A stretch of 64,000 nt of DNA from Deltaproteobacteria bacterium (GTDB taxonomy: Bacteria; Desulfobacterota; Deferrimicrobia; Deferrimicrobiales; Deferrimicrobiaceae): NCBI GenBank assembly GCA_037439645.1, contig JBBIVQ010000002.1, positions 2,282 through 66,281 on the forward strand. The letters run 5' to 3'. Made by a program: the position numbers and the translations under genes. Positions 35,594-46,749 of the stretch are shown here, piece after piece. Below the pieces are notes generated by a model, which was not told the DNA's origin, searched no databases, and saw nothing but the letters and a program-made list of their open reading frames with translations. How positions within the stretch are numbered: the stretch's first letter is position 1; each line of letters begins with the position of its first letter.

Positions 35594-36535
35594 CTGGACA
35601 TCCTGCAATCCGTCATCCCGGTCTTTCTCGTCGTTGCGCTCGGGGTCGTCCTGCGCCGCTACCGCTTCCTCGACGCGGGGTTCATCGACGCGGCGAACTC
35701 CCTCGTCTACTACGTCCTTCTCCCCGCGCTCCTCTTCCACGAGATCGGCGGGACCGATTTCCGGCAGTCGTTCAGCGGCCCTCTCGTCGCGGGTGGGTAC
35801 GTCGCCACGCTCGCGACCTTCCTGCTCGCCTTCCTCGCCTCCCGGGCCCTCGGGCTCGGTCCTTCCGAAACCGGGGTGTTCGTCCAGGGATCGTTCCGCG
35901 CGAACCTCGCCTACGTGGGGCTTCCGATCGTCTTCAACGCCGTGGGGCCGCCGGGCCTGCGGAAGGCGGGGATCTTCCTCGGCCTGATCGTGCCGCTGCT
36001 GAACGGTCTGTCGATCGTCGCGCTGATGGCGCCCCACGGGGCGGACAAAGGGGAGGGGATCGCGACCACGGCGTCGCGCATCGCCCGGCAGATCGCGACG
36101 AACCCCATCATCCTTGCGTGCGTCGCGGGGATCGCCTGGAGCGTGCTGAAACTTCCGCTACCGGGGATGGTCGAACGGACGTTCCGGTTGCTCACGCCGG
36201 CCACCTTGCCGTTGTCGCTGCTCTGCCTCGGGGGTTCTTTTTCGTTCGAACGCGCGCGGAAAGGGTTCGCGGTCGCGTCGCTCGCGGCGTTCTTCAAGGG
36301 AGGGGTCCTGACGGGGATGGGGGTCGCGCTTTTCCGGTGGATGGGGCTGTCGGGGGACGACCTGCGGATCGGGACGATCATGCTCGGGTGCCCCACCGCG
36401 GTGGTCACCTATGTGATGGCATCCCGCCTGCGCGGCGACACCGACCTGGCGGGGACGATCGTGATCGTGTCCACGGCCGTCTCCGCCGTCACGATCACCG
36501 GGTGGCTGTTCCTCCTCCGGTTCCTCGGGTGGTGA
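35594..36535 (+). CDS. AEC (auxin efflux carrier)-family transporter with a probable CTG start
   Basis: ILQSVIPVFLVVALG, YYVLLPALLF, NLAYVGLPI, NPIILA, PLSLLCLG, CPTAVVTY; no in-frame ATG/GTG/TTG from the upstream TAG (35477) to 35876; GGAG 7 nt before the CTG. Confidence 0.85.
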   Translation: MDILQSVIPVFLVVALGVVLRRYRFLDAGFIDAANSLVYYVLLPALLFHEIGGTDFRQSFSGPLVAGGYVATLATFLLAFLASRALGLGPSETGVFVQGSFRANLAYVGLPIVFNAVGPPGLRKAGIFLGLIVPLLNGLSIVALMAPHGADKGEGIATTASRIARQIATNPIILACVAGIAWSVLKLPLPGMVERTFRLLTPATLPLSLLCLGGSFSFERARKGFAVASLAAFFKGGVLTGMGVALFRWMGLSGDDLRIGTIMLGCPTAVVTYVMASRLRGDTDLAGTIVIVSTAVSAVTITGWLFLLRFLGW

Positions 36536-37160
36536 GCAGCAGCGCGATCGCCTTCTTCGGGCCGTGGGCGCCGACGGTCAGGGTCTGTTCGATGTCGCCG
36601 GTCTTGCTGGGGCCGGAGAGGAACGAGATGTTGCGCGGGGGATCGGCCGCGTGGAGGGCCAGCGCCTCGTCCATGGAATCGACCACGCGGGACGCGGGGA
36701 CGATCGACACGTGGACGTCCGCGATCAGCCCCGGGAGTAGCGTTCTTCCCCCCCCGCTCGTCTCGACGATCGTACCGGTTTCGGCGATCGCGGCCTCGGC
36801 CGAGCGGATCCCCGCGGTGACCGCATCGCTTCCCCCGCGGACCTCCGCTCCCGTCGTGAGGTGGAACGGCCCGAACGGGACCAACGCCTCCGCGATCTCC
36901 CGGGCCGCCGGGTCGTCTTCCTGGAAGAAGAGGGCGGCCACCCCCTCCGATCGCAGCATCTCCCCCAGGTCGGACAGCGCCGTCTCCGCCGGGCCGCGGA
37001 GGAGAACCCCTCCGGCGGCGGTGAAGGTTTCCGCGAACCGCGCGGCGGGGTCGCCTTCCGGCGCCACGGCCGCCGCCGGGGAAAGCGGCACCTCCGCCGC
37101 GGGACCGTGCCCGGCGCACGCCGCGGAGAGGCGGCGCAACAGCGACTCCCGCTCGTTCAT
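36495..37160 (-). CDS. lutC: Lactate utilization protein C (LUD domain)
   Basis: AIAETGTIV, FLSGPSKTGDIEQTLTVGAHGP. Confidence 0.9.
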   Translation of the reverse strand: MNERESLLRRLSAACAGHGPAAEVPLSPAAAVAPEGDPAARFAETFTAAGGVLLRGPAETALSDLGEMLRSEGVAALFFQEDDPAAREIAEALVPFGPFHLTTGAEVRGGSDAVTAGIRSAEAAIAETGTIVETSGGGRTLLPGLIADVHVSIVPASRVVDSMDEALALHAADPPRNISFLSGPSKTGDIEQTLTVGAHGPKKAIALLLTTRGTGGGTATR

Positions 37161-38578
37161 CGCGTCTCCTCCCTCGCCCCCCGGCGGATCTTCCACATCT
37201 TGCGGAACGGCCGCTCGGCCGGCGCGGGGAAGTCGCGGCGCTCCGTCCACCCCGAGAAGGGGTACGGAAGCCCGCCGATCCCCTTCCCCTTCGTGAAGAA
37301 CCGCCCCAGCACCCCGGCGATCCGCTCGATCGCTTCGAGCAGCCCGGCCCGCCGCATAACCCCGGCGTACCCTTTCATCGCGGCGATCTCCCCGGGGGTC
37401 TTCAGTCCCTGCTCCCGCGCGTCGGAGCGCAGTTCGAGCAGGTAGTCCGGCAGCGGGATCTTCACCGGGCATACCTCCGCGCACGCGCCGCACAGCGTGC
37501 TTGCGTCGGGCAGGGCGGCCGCCTCGGGCAGGCCGACCAGGAGCGGGGTCAGGACCGCTCCGATCGGGCCGGAGTAGACCCAGCCGTAGGCGTGCCCCCC
37601 CACGCTCTGGTAGACGGGGCAGGCGTTCAGGCACGCGGCGCAGCGGACGCATTTGAGGACCTCCCGGTACTTCCCCTCGAGGATCGCGCTGCGGCCGCAA
37701 TCGAGGAGGAGGATGTGCATCCGCTCCGGCCCCTCGAGGTCCCCCGCGCGCCTCGTTCCCGTCACGATCGACACGTACGAGGAGATCGTCTGTCCGGAGG
37801 CGCTGCGCGGCAGCAGGCGGAGGAAGGTCGGCAGGTCCCCCATGCGCGGGATGACCTTCTCGATCCCGACGACGGCGAGGTGGACGCGCGGGAGAACCGT
37901 TCCCATTCGCCCGTTTCCCTCGTTCGTGACGATCACCACGGAGCCGGTGTCGGCCACCAGGAAGTTCCCCCCTGAAACGCCCATTCCCGCGGAGAGGAAC
38001 TTCCCCCGCAGGTGCTTGCGGGCCATCCCGACCAGCTCGGGGATGCTGTCGGTCCGGGGGGTGCCGAGATGGCGTTCGAAGAGACGGGAGACCTGTTCGC
38101 GGGTTTTGTGGACCGCGGGGGCGATGATGTGGGAAGGGGCCTCCCCGGCGAGCTGGATGATGAACTCCCCGAGATCGGATTCGACGACCGTGACGCCCAC
38201 CCCCTGCAGGGCTTCGTTGAACGAGATCTCCTCGGACGCCATCGATTTCGACTTTACGGCGAGGGTCACCCCCTCGTCCCTTGCGATCCGGGCCGCGATC
38301 TCCCGCGCCTGGGCCGCGTCCCGGGCTACGTGGACGATCGCGCCCCGTTTTTCCGCCTCGGCGATGAACCGCGCGAGGTAGGTGTCCAGGTGGTCCAGGA
38401 CGTCGCGCTTGATCCGGGAGGCGCGCTCGCGGGTCTCCTCGAACCCGGAAAAGTCGGCGACCGCCGCGTTGCGGTGGGCGAGGAATCGCTCCGTGGTCCG
38501 CCCGAGGGCTTCCTGCAGCGTCTTGTCGAGAAGGGCTTTTCTCGCGTTTCTCGCGAACGCGTTCGCCTTGACCTCCAT
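37157..38578 (-). CDS. lutB: Lactate utilization protein B (LUD plus 2x[4Fe-4S])
   Basis: KSKSMASEEI, ESDLGEFIIQL, PSHIIAPAVH, TNEGNGR, CVRCAACLNACP, STLCGACAEVCPVKI. Confidence 0.95.
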   Translation of the reverse strand: MEVKANAFARNARKALLDKTLQEALGRTTERFLAHRNAAVADFSGFEETRERASRIKRDVLDHLDTYLARFIAEAEKRGAIVHVARDAAQAREIAARIARDEGVTLAVKSKSMASEEISFNEALQGVGVTVVESDLGEFIIQLAGEAPSHIIAPAVHKTREQVSRLFERHLGTPRTDSIPELVGMARKHLRGKFLSAGMGVSGGNFLVADTGSVVIVTNEGNGRMGTVLPRVHLAVVGIEKVIPRMGDLPTFLRLLPRSASGQTISSYVSIVTGTRRAGDLEGPERMHILLLDCGRSAILEGKYREVLKCVRCAACLNACPVYQSVGGHAYGWVYSGPIGAVLTPLLVGLPEAAALPDASTLCGACAEVCPVKIPLPDYLLELRSDAREQGLKTPGEIAAMKGYAGVMRRAGLLEAIERIAGVLGRFFTKGKGIGGLPYPFSGWTERRDFPAPAERPFRKMWKIRRGAREETR

Positions 38579-39366
38579 CAGCGGCCGCCCTCTTTCGCAC
38601 CCGGCGGCACTTCGGCGGGCACGCCCGGGTGTTTCCCCGCGAGGATTTCGGCGAGGTGGATCGCCTTCACCGGGTAACCGATCCGCGAGATCAACCCGCC
38701 GATGTTCAGCAGGCACCCGAGGTCCCCGGAGGTGACGTACGACGCGCCCGTCGCCAGGATCCGTTCGACCTTGTGCTCCGTCATCTTGCAGGAGATCTGC
38801 GGGTGTTTGACGGAGAAGACCCCCCCGAAACCGCAGCACCGGTCGCTCTCCTCCATCTCGACGAACTCGACCCCGGGGATGGCGCGCAGCAATTTCCGGG
38901 GGGCCGAGGCGACCCCGAGCCCCCGCCGCAGGTGGCACGAGTCGTGGTACGTCACCTTCCCGGAAAAATCCGATTTCGGATCGGTCACGCCGAGGACGTC
39001 GACGAGGAACTGGGAGAGTTCGAACACGCGCTCGCCGACCGCCCGGGCGCGGGCGAGCGTGGCGGGCTCGTCCCGGAACAGGACGGGGTAACCGTGCTTC
39101 ACCATCGTCGCGCACGACCCCGACGGGGTGACGATGTACCCGTCGTCGGGAAAGGAGAGGAGGAACTTCCGCGCCATCGCCCGGGCTTCCTTCCGGTTCC
39201 CCGAGTTGAACGCGGGCTGCCCGCAGCACGTCTGGGAGAGGGGGACGCGCACCGCCGCCCCGAACCGTTCCAACACCGCCACGGTCGCGCTGCAGACCCC
39301 GGGGGAGAAGGCGTCGGCGAGGCAGGTGAAAAAAAGGGAAACGGGGATGGGCTCCTTCGGCTCCAT
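38578..39366 (-). CDS. lutA: Lactate utilization protein A (CCG domains)
   Basis: LFFTCLAD, QTCCGQPAFNSG, PSGSC, TYHDSCH, CCGFGGVFSVK, DLGCLLNI. Confidence 0.93.
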   Translation of the reverse strand: MEPKEPIPVSLFFTCLADAFSPGVCSATVAVLERFGAAVRVPLSQTCCGQPAFNSGNRKEARAMARKFLLSFPDDGYIVTPSGSCATMVKHGYPVLFRDEPATLARARAVGERVFELSQFLVDVLGVTDPKSDFSGKVTYHDSCHLRRGLGVASAPRKLLRAIPGVEFVEMEESDRCCGFGGVFSVKHPQISCKMTEHKVERILATGASYVTSGDLGCLLNIGGLISRIGYPVKAIHLAEILAGKHPGVPAEVPPGAKEGGR

Positions 39367-39493
39367 CCGCGTAGTATACGTCATGCGCCGCGTCGCGGAG
39401 GCGGGATCCTCCCGGGGGAGATCCCCGGCGCGGAAGGAGGGGTGACATTCCACGCCGCTCCCCCGGGAGGGTGCCGCCGGGCCCGCGGAGCGG

Positions 39494-41450
<1,957 letters not shown>

Positions 41451-41491
41451 TGCCTTCTCCTTTATTGTGTCAGGCCTGCCCGTTGAGGGGA

Positions 41492-41518
41492 GGGCGGGGC
41501 CGGAGTTCGGCCCCGCTC
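41492..41518 (-). terminator. GC hairpin between the porin-like gene and amtB
   Basis: GGGCGGGGCCG-GAGTT-CGGCCCCGCTC stem; no clear U-tract on the minus strand. Confidence 0.4.
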
Positions 41519-41550
41519 TCCGGCGGAATTCGTTTTTGGTTATCCGTCGA

Positions 41551-42372
41551 TCACGGGAAGTTGATGTCGAGCTGGACGGTGGCGGTGTTCTGTCCCGCGC
41601 GGGCCTTGTTGTTGTAGACGTCGTAGCCGAAGATCACGCTCACGTTCCTGGCGAAGGCCCACGAGAAGGCGAAGCTGGTGGCGCCGAAGGCGTTCTTGCC
41701 GCCCTGGTGATCCACGGCCACCCAAAGCTTGTCGGAGATTTCGCTCAGGGTCCGATCCCAGGAGGCCAGCAGGCCGCCGTCGTCCCCCTTCACCCCGTTG
41801 GAGTCGTAGACGGTGGCCACGGATGACTTCTTGTTCAGGCCGTAGTAGCCGACCGAGAACCGCCCCACGACGGGAAGGGTCTTGGCGACCAGGCCGTACC
41901 AGATGTTCGCGTCCGTGCCGGCCTTGGTGTAGACGCCGTTTGTGACCTCGCCCTTCTTCGTCCCGATGTTGTACATCCCGACCGCGATCGCCGGGATGAA
42001 AGTGTTGTCCTCGGGCATCCCGATCTTGAAGTTGCCGTAAACGGGATACTTGTCCAGTCCGCTGGAGGTGTTGAAGCCGCCGTAGATCAGATCGAACCCG
42101 ACCTCCGCCTGGATCTTCTCGAACGGCAGCACGCCGACGGTCAGGCCGAGGTCGACGACGGGGGGAGCGTTCTGGCCGCCCGTGCTCGGCTCCGGCTTGG
42201 TGCGTACATAGGTGTCGAACCCGAAGTGCGCCGTCTTGAACGCCTGGATGTCCGTCGACGGGATCCAGATCTGCGTGGACGGCGTGGCCGAGGCGATGCT
42301 CGCCGACAGGCCGCACAACGCGAACGCCGCGAGGGCGACCCCGACCCGATGGATGCTTCGCTTGTTCTTCAT
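41551..42372 (-). CDS. Secreted, probable outer-membrane beta-barrel protein (putative porin)
   Basis: Signal peptide ending ASA, alternating amphipathic beta strands, terminal VQLDINFP resembling an OMP beta-signal. Confidence 0.6.
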   Translation of the reverse strand: MKNKRSIHRVGVALAAFALCGLSASIASATPSTQIWIPSTDIQAFKTAHFGFDTYVRTKPEPSTGGQNAPPVVDLGLTVGVLPFEKIQAEVGFDLIYGGFNTSSGLDKYPVYGNFKIGMPEDNTFIPAIAVGMYNIGTKKGEVTNGVYTKAGTDANIWYGLVAKTLPVVGRFSVGYYGLNKKSSVATVYDSNGVKGDDGGLLASWDRTLSEISDKLWVAVDHQGGKNAFGATSFAFSWAFARNVSVIFGYDVYNNKARAGQNTATVQLDINFP

Positions 42373-42416
42373 GGTGCCCCCCTGGGAGGATGGAATGTTG
42401 ACTCGTCCCGGGGGAG

Positions 42417-42432
42417 AGCATCGGCCGTGCCA
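42417..42432 (-). promoter_or_regulatory. Sigma54 (-24/-12) promoter for porin-amtB-glnK
   Basis: TGGCAC-GGCCG-ATGCT with correct GG-N10-GC spacing, 44 nt upstream of ATG 42372. Confidence 0.75.
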
Positions 42433-42813
42433 TCGGCGGAATACCGCCGTTTGAGGACGGGCAACGGATCGGAAGGTATCGGGAATACGGAGATCGCCGG
42501 CGGCGGGGAACGAGGGGGCGTGCCTTCCCGGGATACTACAAAATTGTCCGATTATCTACGTCTGTGGGGGTATTCCCCCCGTTCTTCCTGTCTGGTTGAC
42601 GGATCGGAAAGAGCAAGCGACAGGAAGGTCCGGCGCCTCACTCCCGCATGAAATACGCTCCCTGGGGTACCCTCGCGTAGAAATATCGGAGGGCGGAGTC
42701 GCCGCAGGAGGGGGGGGCGCAGTGAGGTAAAGCGCAGCCGTGCAGGTTCATCGCACGGCGAGCCACGAACGGAGCCCCGCCCTCCGAGGCGACGCGGCCG
42801 ATTCAGCCCGGCG

Positions 42814-44436
42814 TCACTTCTTCCACGGAGAGGCGAGCCCGTGCTTCTTCATCTTGTACGCCACCTGGCGGGGCGTCCACCCGAGGATCTTCGCGGCCCG
42901 CGCGATCACCCAGCCGGCGGACGAAAGCGCCGTCTGCAGTTCCTCGCGCTCCATCGCCTTGAGATATTCGGCGCGCGGCCGTCCTTCCCGCGGCGCGGCC
43001 GGGTGGACAGGTTCCGCCGCGGACCCCGCGCCGGACGCCTGCGGCGCGGGGGGCTGCCCGTACGATCCCGTTGCCGGGACCGACGCTGCGACCCGGATCG
43101 CCCGGGGGAGGTCCTGCGCCTTCACGATCGTCGCCTTGGCCATCACCACCGCCCGCTCGACGAGGTTCTCGAGCTCCCGCACGTTCCCGGTCCACCGGTA
43201 GTCGAGGAGCAGGTCGAGGGCGTCCTTCGAGAACGCGACGCTCTTCCCGTGCTCCCGGTTGAACCGCTCGAGGAAATGCTCCGTCAGCGGGAGGATATCC
43301 TCCTTCCGGTCCCGCAGGGGGGGGAGGAAGACGGGGATCACGTTGAGCCGGTAGTAGAGGTCCTCCCGGAACGTGCCCCCCGCGACCATCTTTTCGAGGT
43401 CGGCGTTCGTCGCCGCGATGATCCGGACGTCCACGGAGACGGGCCGGTTCTCTCCGAGCCGCTCGAACGTGCGTTCCTGGAGAACGCGCAGCAGCTTCAC
43501 CTGCGTGGGCAGCGGGATGTCGCCGATTTCATCGAGGAAGATCGTGCCTCCGGACGCCTCTTCGAACCGGCCTTTCCGCTCCTCGACCGCGCCGGTGAAG
43601 GCGCCCCGCTTGTGGCCGAACAGCTCCGACTCGAGCAGCGTCTCCGGGAGGGCGGCGCAGTTGACGGCGACGAAGGGGCGGTCCGCGCGGCTCCCCCCCT
43701 GGTGGATCGCGCGGGCGATCATCTCCTTGCCGGTCCCGCTCTCTCCGCGCAGCAGCACCGTGGCGCGCGACGGCGCGACGCTCGTCACCGCGGCGAAGAC
43801 CTCCTGCATCCGCTTGCTCTGCCCGACGATGTTCTCGATCCGGTACGTCTTCCGGATCGTCTTCTCGAATTCCCTGCGCTGCCGCCGGAACTCGTCCTGC
43901 AGGCGTTCGATCGCCTTGTGCAGTTTGAGCGCCTGCCCGATGAGGCACCCGATCACGGTGAGGGTCCGCGCGTCCGATTCGAGCGCCCGGGTCCCCTCGC
44001 GCCCGATCCGCTCCGCGCTCAACACCCCGAGCGTCTCCGCGCCGATCTTGATGGGGACGCAGATCCAGGAAAGCGGGCCGCCCCCGGACGCCTTTCCGTG
44101 CGCGCGCGTCTTGTCCAGGAACGTGGGCTCCACCCGGACGTCGGGGAGGGCGATGGGGCTTCCCGTCTTCATCGTCTTCCCGATGATCCCCTCCCCCCAG
44201 ACGTACCGTGCCCGTCCCCGCTGCTCCGCGGTGTATCCGGCGGCGATCTCCATCCGGATCTCGCGGGTCGTCTCGTCGGGGCGGAAGACGGCGGTGCGGT
44301 CGAACCCGAGAAAACTCTGGAGCGTGCGCAGGGCGGTCCCCAGCGCGCGGTCGAGGTTCTGGGTCGAGGTGAGGATCTTGGCCACCTCGTGGATGGCCGC
44401 GATCTCGGCCTTTTCGGGGGATCGGGGGTCGGTCAC
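42814..44436 (-). CDS. NifA-like GAF/sigma54 AAA+/HTH enhancer-binding protein
   Basis: GAF (GEGIIGK, ICVPI), [48 protein letters not shown] NifA-type HTH; GTG start. Confidence 0.88.
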   Translation of the reverse strand: MTDPRSPEKAEIAAIHEVAKILTSTQNLDRALGTALRTLQSFLGFDRTAVFRPDETTREIRMEIAAGYTAEQRGRARYVWGEGIIGKTMKTGSPIALPDVRVEPTFLDKTRAHGKASGGGPLSWICVPIKIGAETLGVLSAERIGREGTRALESDARTLTVIGCLIGQALKLHKAIERLQDEFRRQRREFEKTIRKTYRIENIVGQSKRMQEVFAAVTSVAPSRATVLLRGESGTGKEMIARAIHQGGSRADRPFVAVNCAALPETLLESELFGHKRGAFTGAVEERKGRFEEASGGTIFLDEIGDIPLPTQVKLLRVLQERTFERLGENRPVSVDVRIIAATNADLEKMVAGGTFREDLYYRLNVIPVFLPPLRDRKEDILPLTEHFLERFNREHGKSVAFSKDALDLLLDYRWTGNVRELENLVERAVVMAKATIVKAQDLPRAIRVAASVPATGSYGQPPAPQASGAGSAAEPVHPAAPREGRPRAEYLKAMEREELQTALSSAGWVIARAAKILGWTPRQVAYKMKKHGLASPWKK

Positions 44437-44442
44437 GGGCAG

Positions 44443-44457
44443 ATTATAGCGTATAAT
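44443..44457. promoter_or_regulatory. Back-to-back -10 boxes (ATTATA-GCG-TATAAT) of a divergent promoter
   Basis: Perfect TATAAT on both strands within a 50-bp intergenic gap. Confidence 0.65.
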
Positions 44458-44486
44458 GCGGACAATCTTCCTCCCTGGAGGTGCGC

Positions 44487-45536
44487 ATGCGCCGATCATC
44501 CGTGATCCGTTTTCACGCCCTGCCGGCCGTTGCCGTCCTGTCCATCCTCCTGATCGCAGGCGGGTGTTCGATGAACCGTGGGTCCGTCACGACGACTTCG
44601 ACCGGCGGGCCGGCGTCCGCCGGGAATACGGAAAGCCCGCACTCCAGGGCCTCGCTCCCGAAGGAGATCGACGTCGCCCTTCGGCTGTCCCCGGGGGATG
44701 AGTGGAAGAGCCGCTTCGTGTCGACCAGCGAGACGAAACGGATCCTCACGGACAAGGCCGGGAAGGAAACCGCGAAGAGCCGTACCGTCGGGCTCGAGAT
44801 CGTCGCGACGCAGAAGATCGTCGACGTGTCGGGTTCCGTGGCGCGGATCGAGATCACCGAGCTCGAATCCCGGATCCTTCAGGACGGGAAGTTCATCCCG
44901 GCCCCGTACAAACAGTTTTCCCCTCCCAATCCCGTATCGTTCACGATCGACTCCGCCACGGGGAAAGTCGATTTCTCGTCCGTGCGGCAGGCGTACGGGA
45001 AGTGGATGGCGGACCTGAAAGAGGGGCCCGCGGGGGACATCCTCGGGAAGACGTTCCGGCTTTCCGCCTACCTCTCCGTGATCGAGGACATGTACGGCAA
45101 ACCGTTCACACGGATCGCGGGAAGGAAGCTGTCCGCCGAATCGGCGACGTCCGGGAAAGACGTCCTGTTCCCCTTCTTCGGGCCGGGCGCGGCCGTCTCC
45201 TCCGTTCCCGTCGAGAGTTCGATGCGCTACACGGGCTTCGAGGCGAAGGGGCGCAAGCACCTGTTGAACGTCTCCGGGGCCTACTCCGGGAGGCCCGAAC
45301 TCTCCTCCGCGGACGAACTCGCGTTCCGGCTGTCGGATTTCGGAGGGGCGGCGTTCCCGAAGGGGTTCACCGGCACCGGCTCGGCCTCCGGGCGGTTCCA
45401 GTCGTCGGTCGATATCCTTTCCGGACGCGAGGAACGGTTCACGGGGCAACTCTCCTATTCCGCGAAATGGACGTCGGAGGGCGCGACGCTGACCGAGGAG
45501 GTCGCCGGCAAGTCGATCCTCGAGCCGGTGGAATGA
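44487..45536 (+). CDS. Hypothetical lipoprotein
   Basis: Lipobox IAGGC after a hydrophobic core, GGAGG RBS, host-like codon usage, ATGA coupling to the next gene; no domain recognised. Confidence 0.7.
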   Translation: MRRSSVIRFHALPAVAVLSILLIAGGCSMNRGSVTTTSTGGPASAGNTESPHSRASLPKEIDVALRLSPGDEWKSRFVSTSETKRILTDKAGKETAKSRTVGLEIVATQKIVDVSGSVARIEITELESRILQDGKFIPAPYKQFSPPNPVSFTIDSATGKVDFSSVRQAYGKWMADLKEGPAGDILGKTFRLSAYLSVIEDMYGKPFTRIAGRKLSAESATSGKDVLFPFFGPGAAVSSVPVESSMRYTGFEAKGRKHLLNVSGAYSGRPELSSADELAFRLSDFGGAAFPKGFTGTGSASGRFQSSVDILSGREERFTGQLSYSAKWTSEGATLTEEVAGKSILEPVE

Positions 45537-46669
45537 AGAAGCGGTCGAGGTATCTGTCCGGCGCGCGCATCCTCCCCCCGCACATCGGGAAGGGGATGAG
45601 GGTCCCGGAGGTGATCGAGAAGACTTTCCTCGCCTACAACGCCGGGAGGCTGCGGGAGGGGGCGCGCCTTCTATCCGAGCGGATGCTTGCGCCCGACGTG
45701 ACGGTGGGGCTGTCGCTCACCGGGGCGCTCACCCCCGCGGGGCTCGGGGTGTCCTGCGTCGTGCCGCTTCTCAAGGCCGGGTTCGTCGACTGGGTCGTCT
45801 CGACGGGCGCGAACCTGTACCATGACGCGCATTTCGGGCTGGGCCTGTCGATGCATGCCGGTTCCCCGTTCCTCGACGACCGCGTCCTGCGGGACGAGGG
45901 GGTCGTGCGGATCTACGACGTCCTGTTCGACTACGAGGTGCTTCTCGACACGGACGCCTTCTTCCGCCAGGTGCTCGACCTGCCCGAATTCCAGGCGCAG
46001 ATGGGGACGGCGGAGTTCCACTACCGGCTGGGGCGGTACCTGGCGCGGCGCGAGAAGGCCCTCGGGCGTGGGGAGGTGAGCGTGCTCGCGGCCGCATGGC
46101 GGTACGGAGTTCCCGTCTACACCTCTTCTCCCGGGGACTCTTCCATCGGGATGAACGTCGCCGCGATGCGCCTGGGCGGCCGCGGGGTGACGTTCGACGT
46201 CTCCCTCGACGTGAACGAGACGGCGGCGATCGTCCACGACGCGAAACGGCGCGGTGGAAAGAGCGCGGTCTGGATCCTCGGAGGCGGGTCGCCGAAGAAC
46301 TTCATGCTCCAGACCGAGCCGCAGATCCAGGAAGTGCTCGGCCTCGACGAGAAGGGGCACGACTACTTCCTGCAGGTCACCGACGCCCGGCCCGACACGG
46401 GCGGGCTCTCCGGCGCGACGCCCTCCGAGGCGGTCTCGTGGGGGAAGGTGGACCCGGACAAGCTCCCCGACACGGTGGTCTGCTACCTCGACTCGACCGT
46501 CGCGCTGCCGCTGCTGTGCGCCTTCGCGTTCGACCGGGCGGGGAAGCGCACGCGCAAGCGGCTTTACGACCGCCGGGAGGAGATGCTGGAGGCGTTGTCG
46601 AAGGCGTATCGCAAGGCGGTCGGCGCCGCCGCGGTAACGAAGAAGCGGACGGTCGCGAGGAAGAAGTAG
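45533..46669 (+). CDS. Deoxyhypusine synthase-like protein (probable homospermidine synthase)
   Basis: [69 protein letters not shown]. Confidence 0.88.
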   Translation: MKKRSRYLSGARILPPHIGKGMRVPEVIEKTFLAYNAGRLREGARLLSERMLAPDVTVGLSLTGALTPAGLGVSCVVPLLKAGFVDWVVSTGANLYHDAHFGLGLSMHAGSPFLDDRVLRDEGVVRIYDVLFDYEVLLDTDAFFRQVLDLPEFQAQMGTAEFHYRLGRYLARREKALGRGEVSVLAAAWRYGVPVYTSSPGDSSIGMNVAAMRLGGRGVTFDVSLDVNETAAIVHDAKRRGGKSAVWILGGGSPKNFMLQTEPQIQEVLGLDEKGHDYFLQVTDARPDTGGLSGATPSEAVSWGKVDPDKLPDTVVCYLDSTVALPLLCAFAFDRAGKRTRKRLYDRREEMLEALSKAYRKAVGAAAVTKKRTVARKK

Positions 46670-46671
46670 AA

Positions 46672-46702
46672 ACGGCCGGGAGTGGGTGTTCCTCCCGGCC
46701 GT
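46672..46702. terminator. Hairpin between convergent genes
   Basis: ACGGCCGGGAG-N9-CTCCCGGCCGT perfect 11-bp stem. Confidence 0.7.
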
Positions 46703-46749
46703 AGCGAAACATCATGCCGGCGCGGAATCGCGCCCGTTCGATTTCTCTA

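Noticed and set aside
42433-42813. ncRNA between the porin-like gene and the NifA-like gene
   Set aside because: Only short hairpins (for example GCCGTGC-N9-GCACGGC); the region is adequately explained as a sigma54 enhancer region plus a terminator.
42814-44436. Calling the regulator nifA and inferring diazotrophy
   Set aside because: No nitrogenase genes in the window; architecture alone does not establish the regulon.
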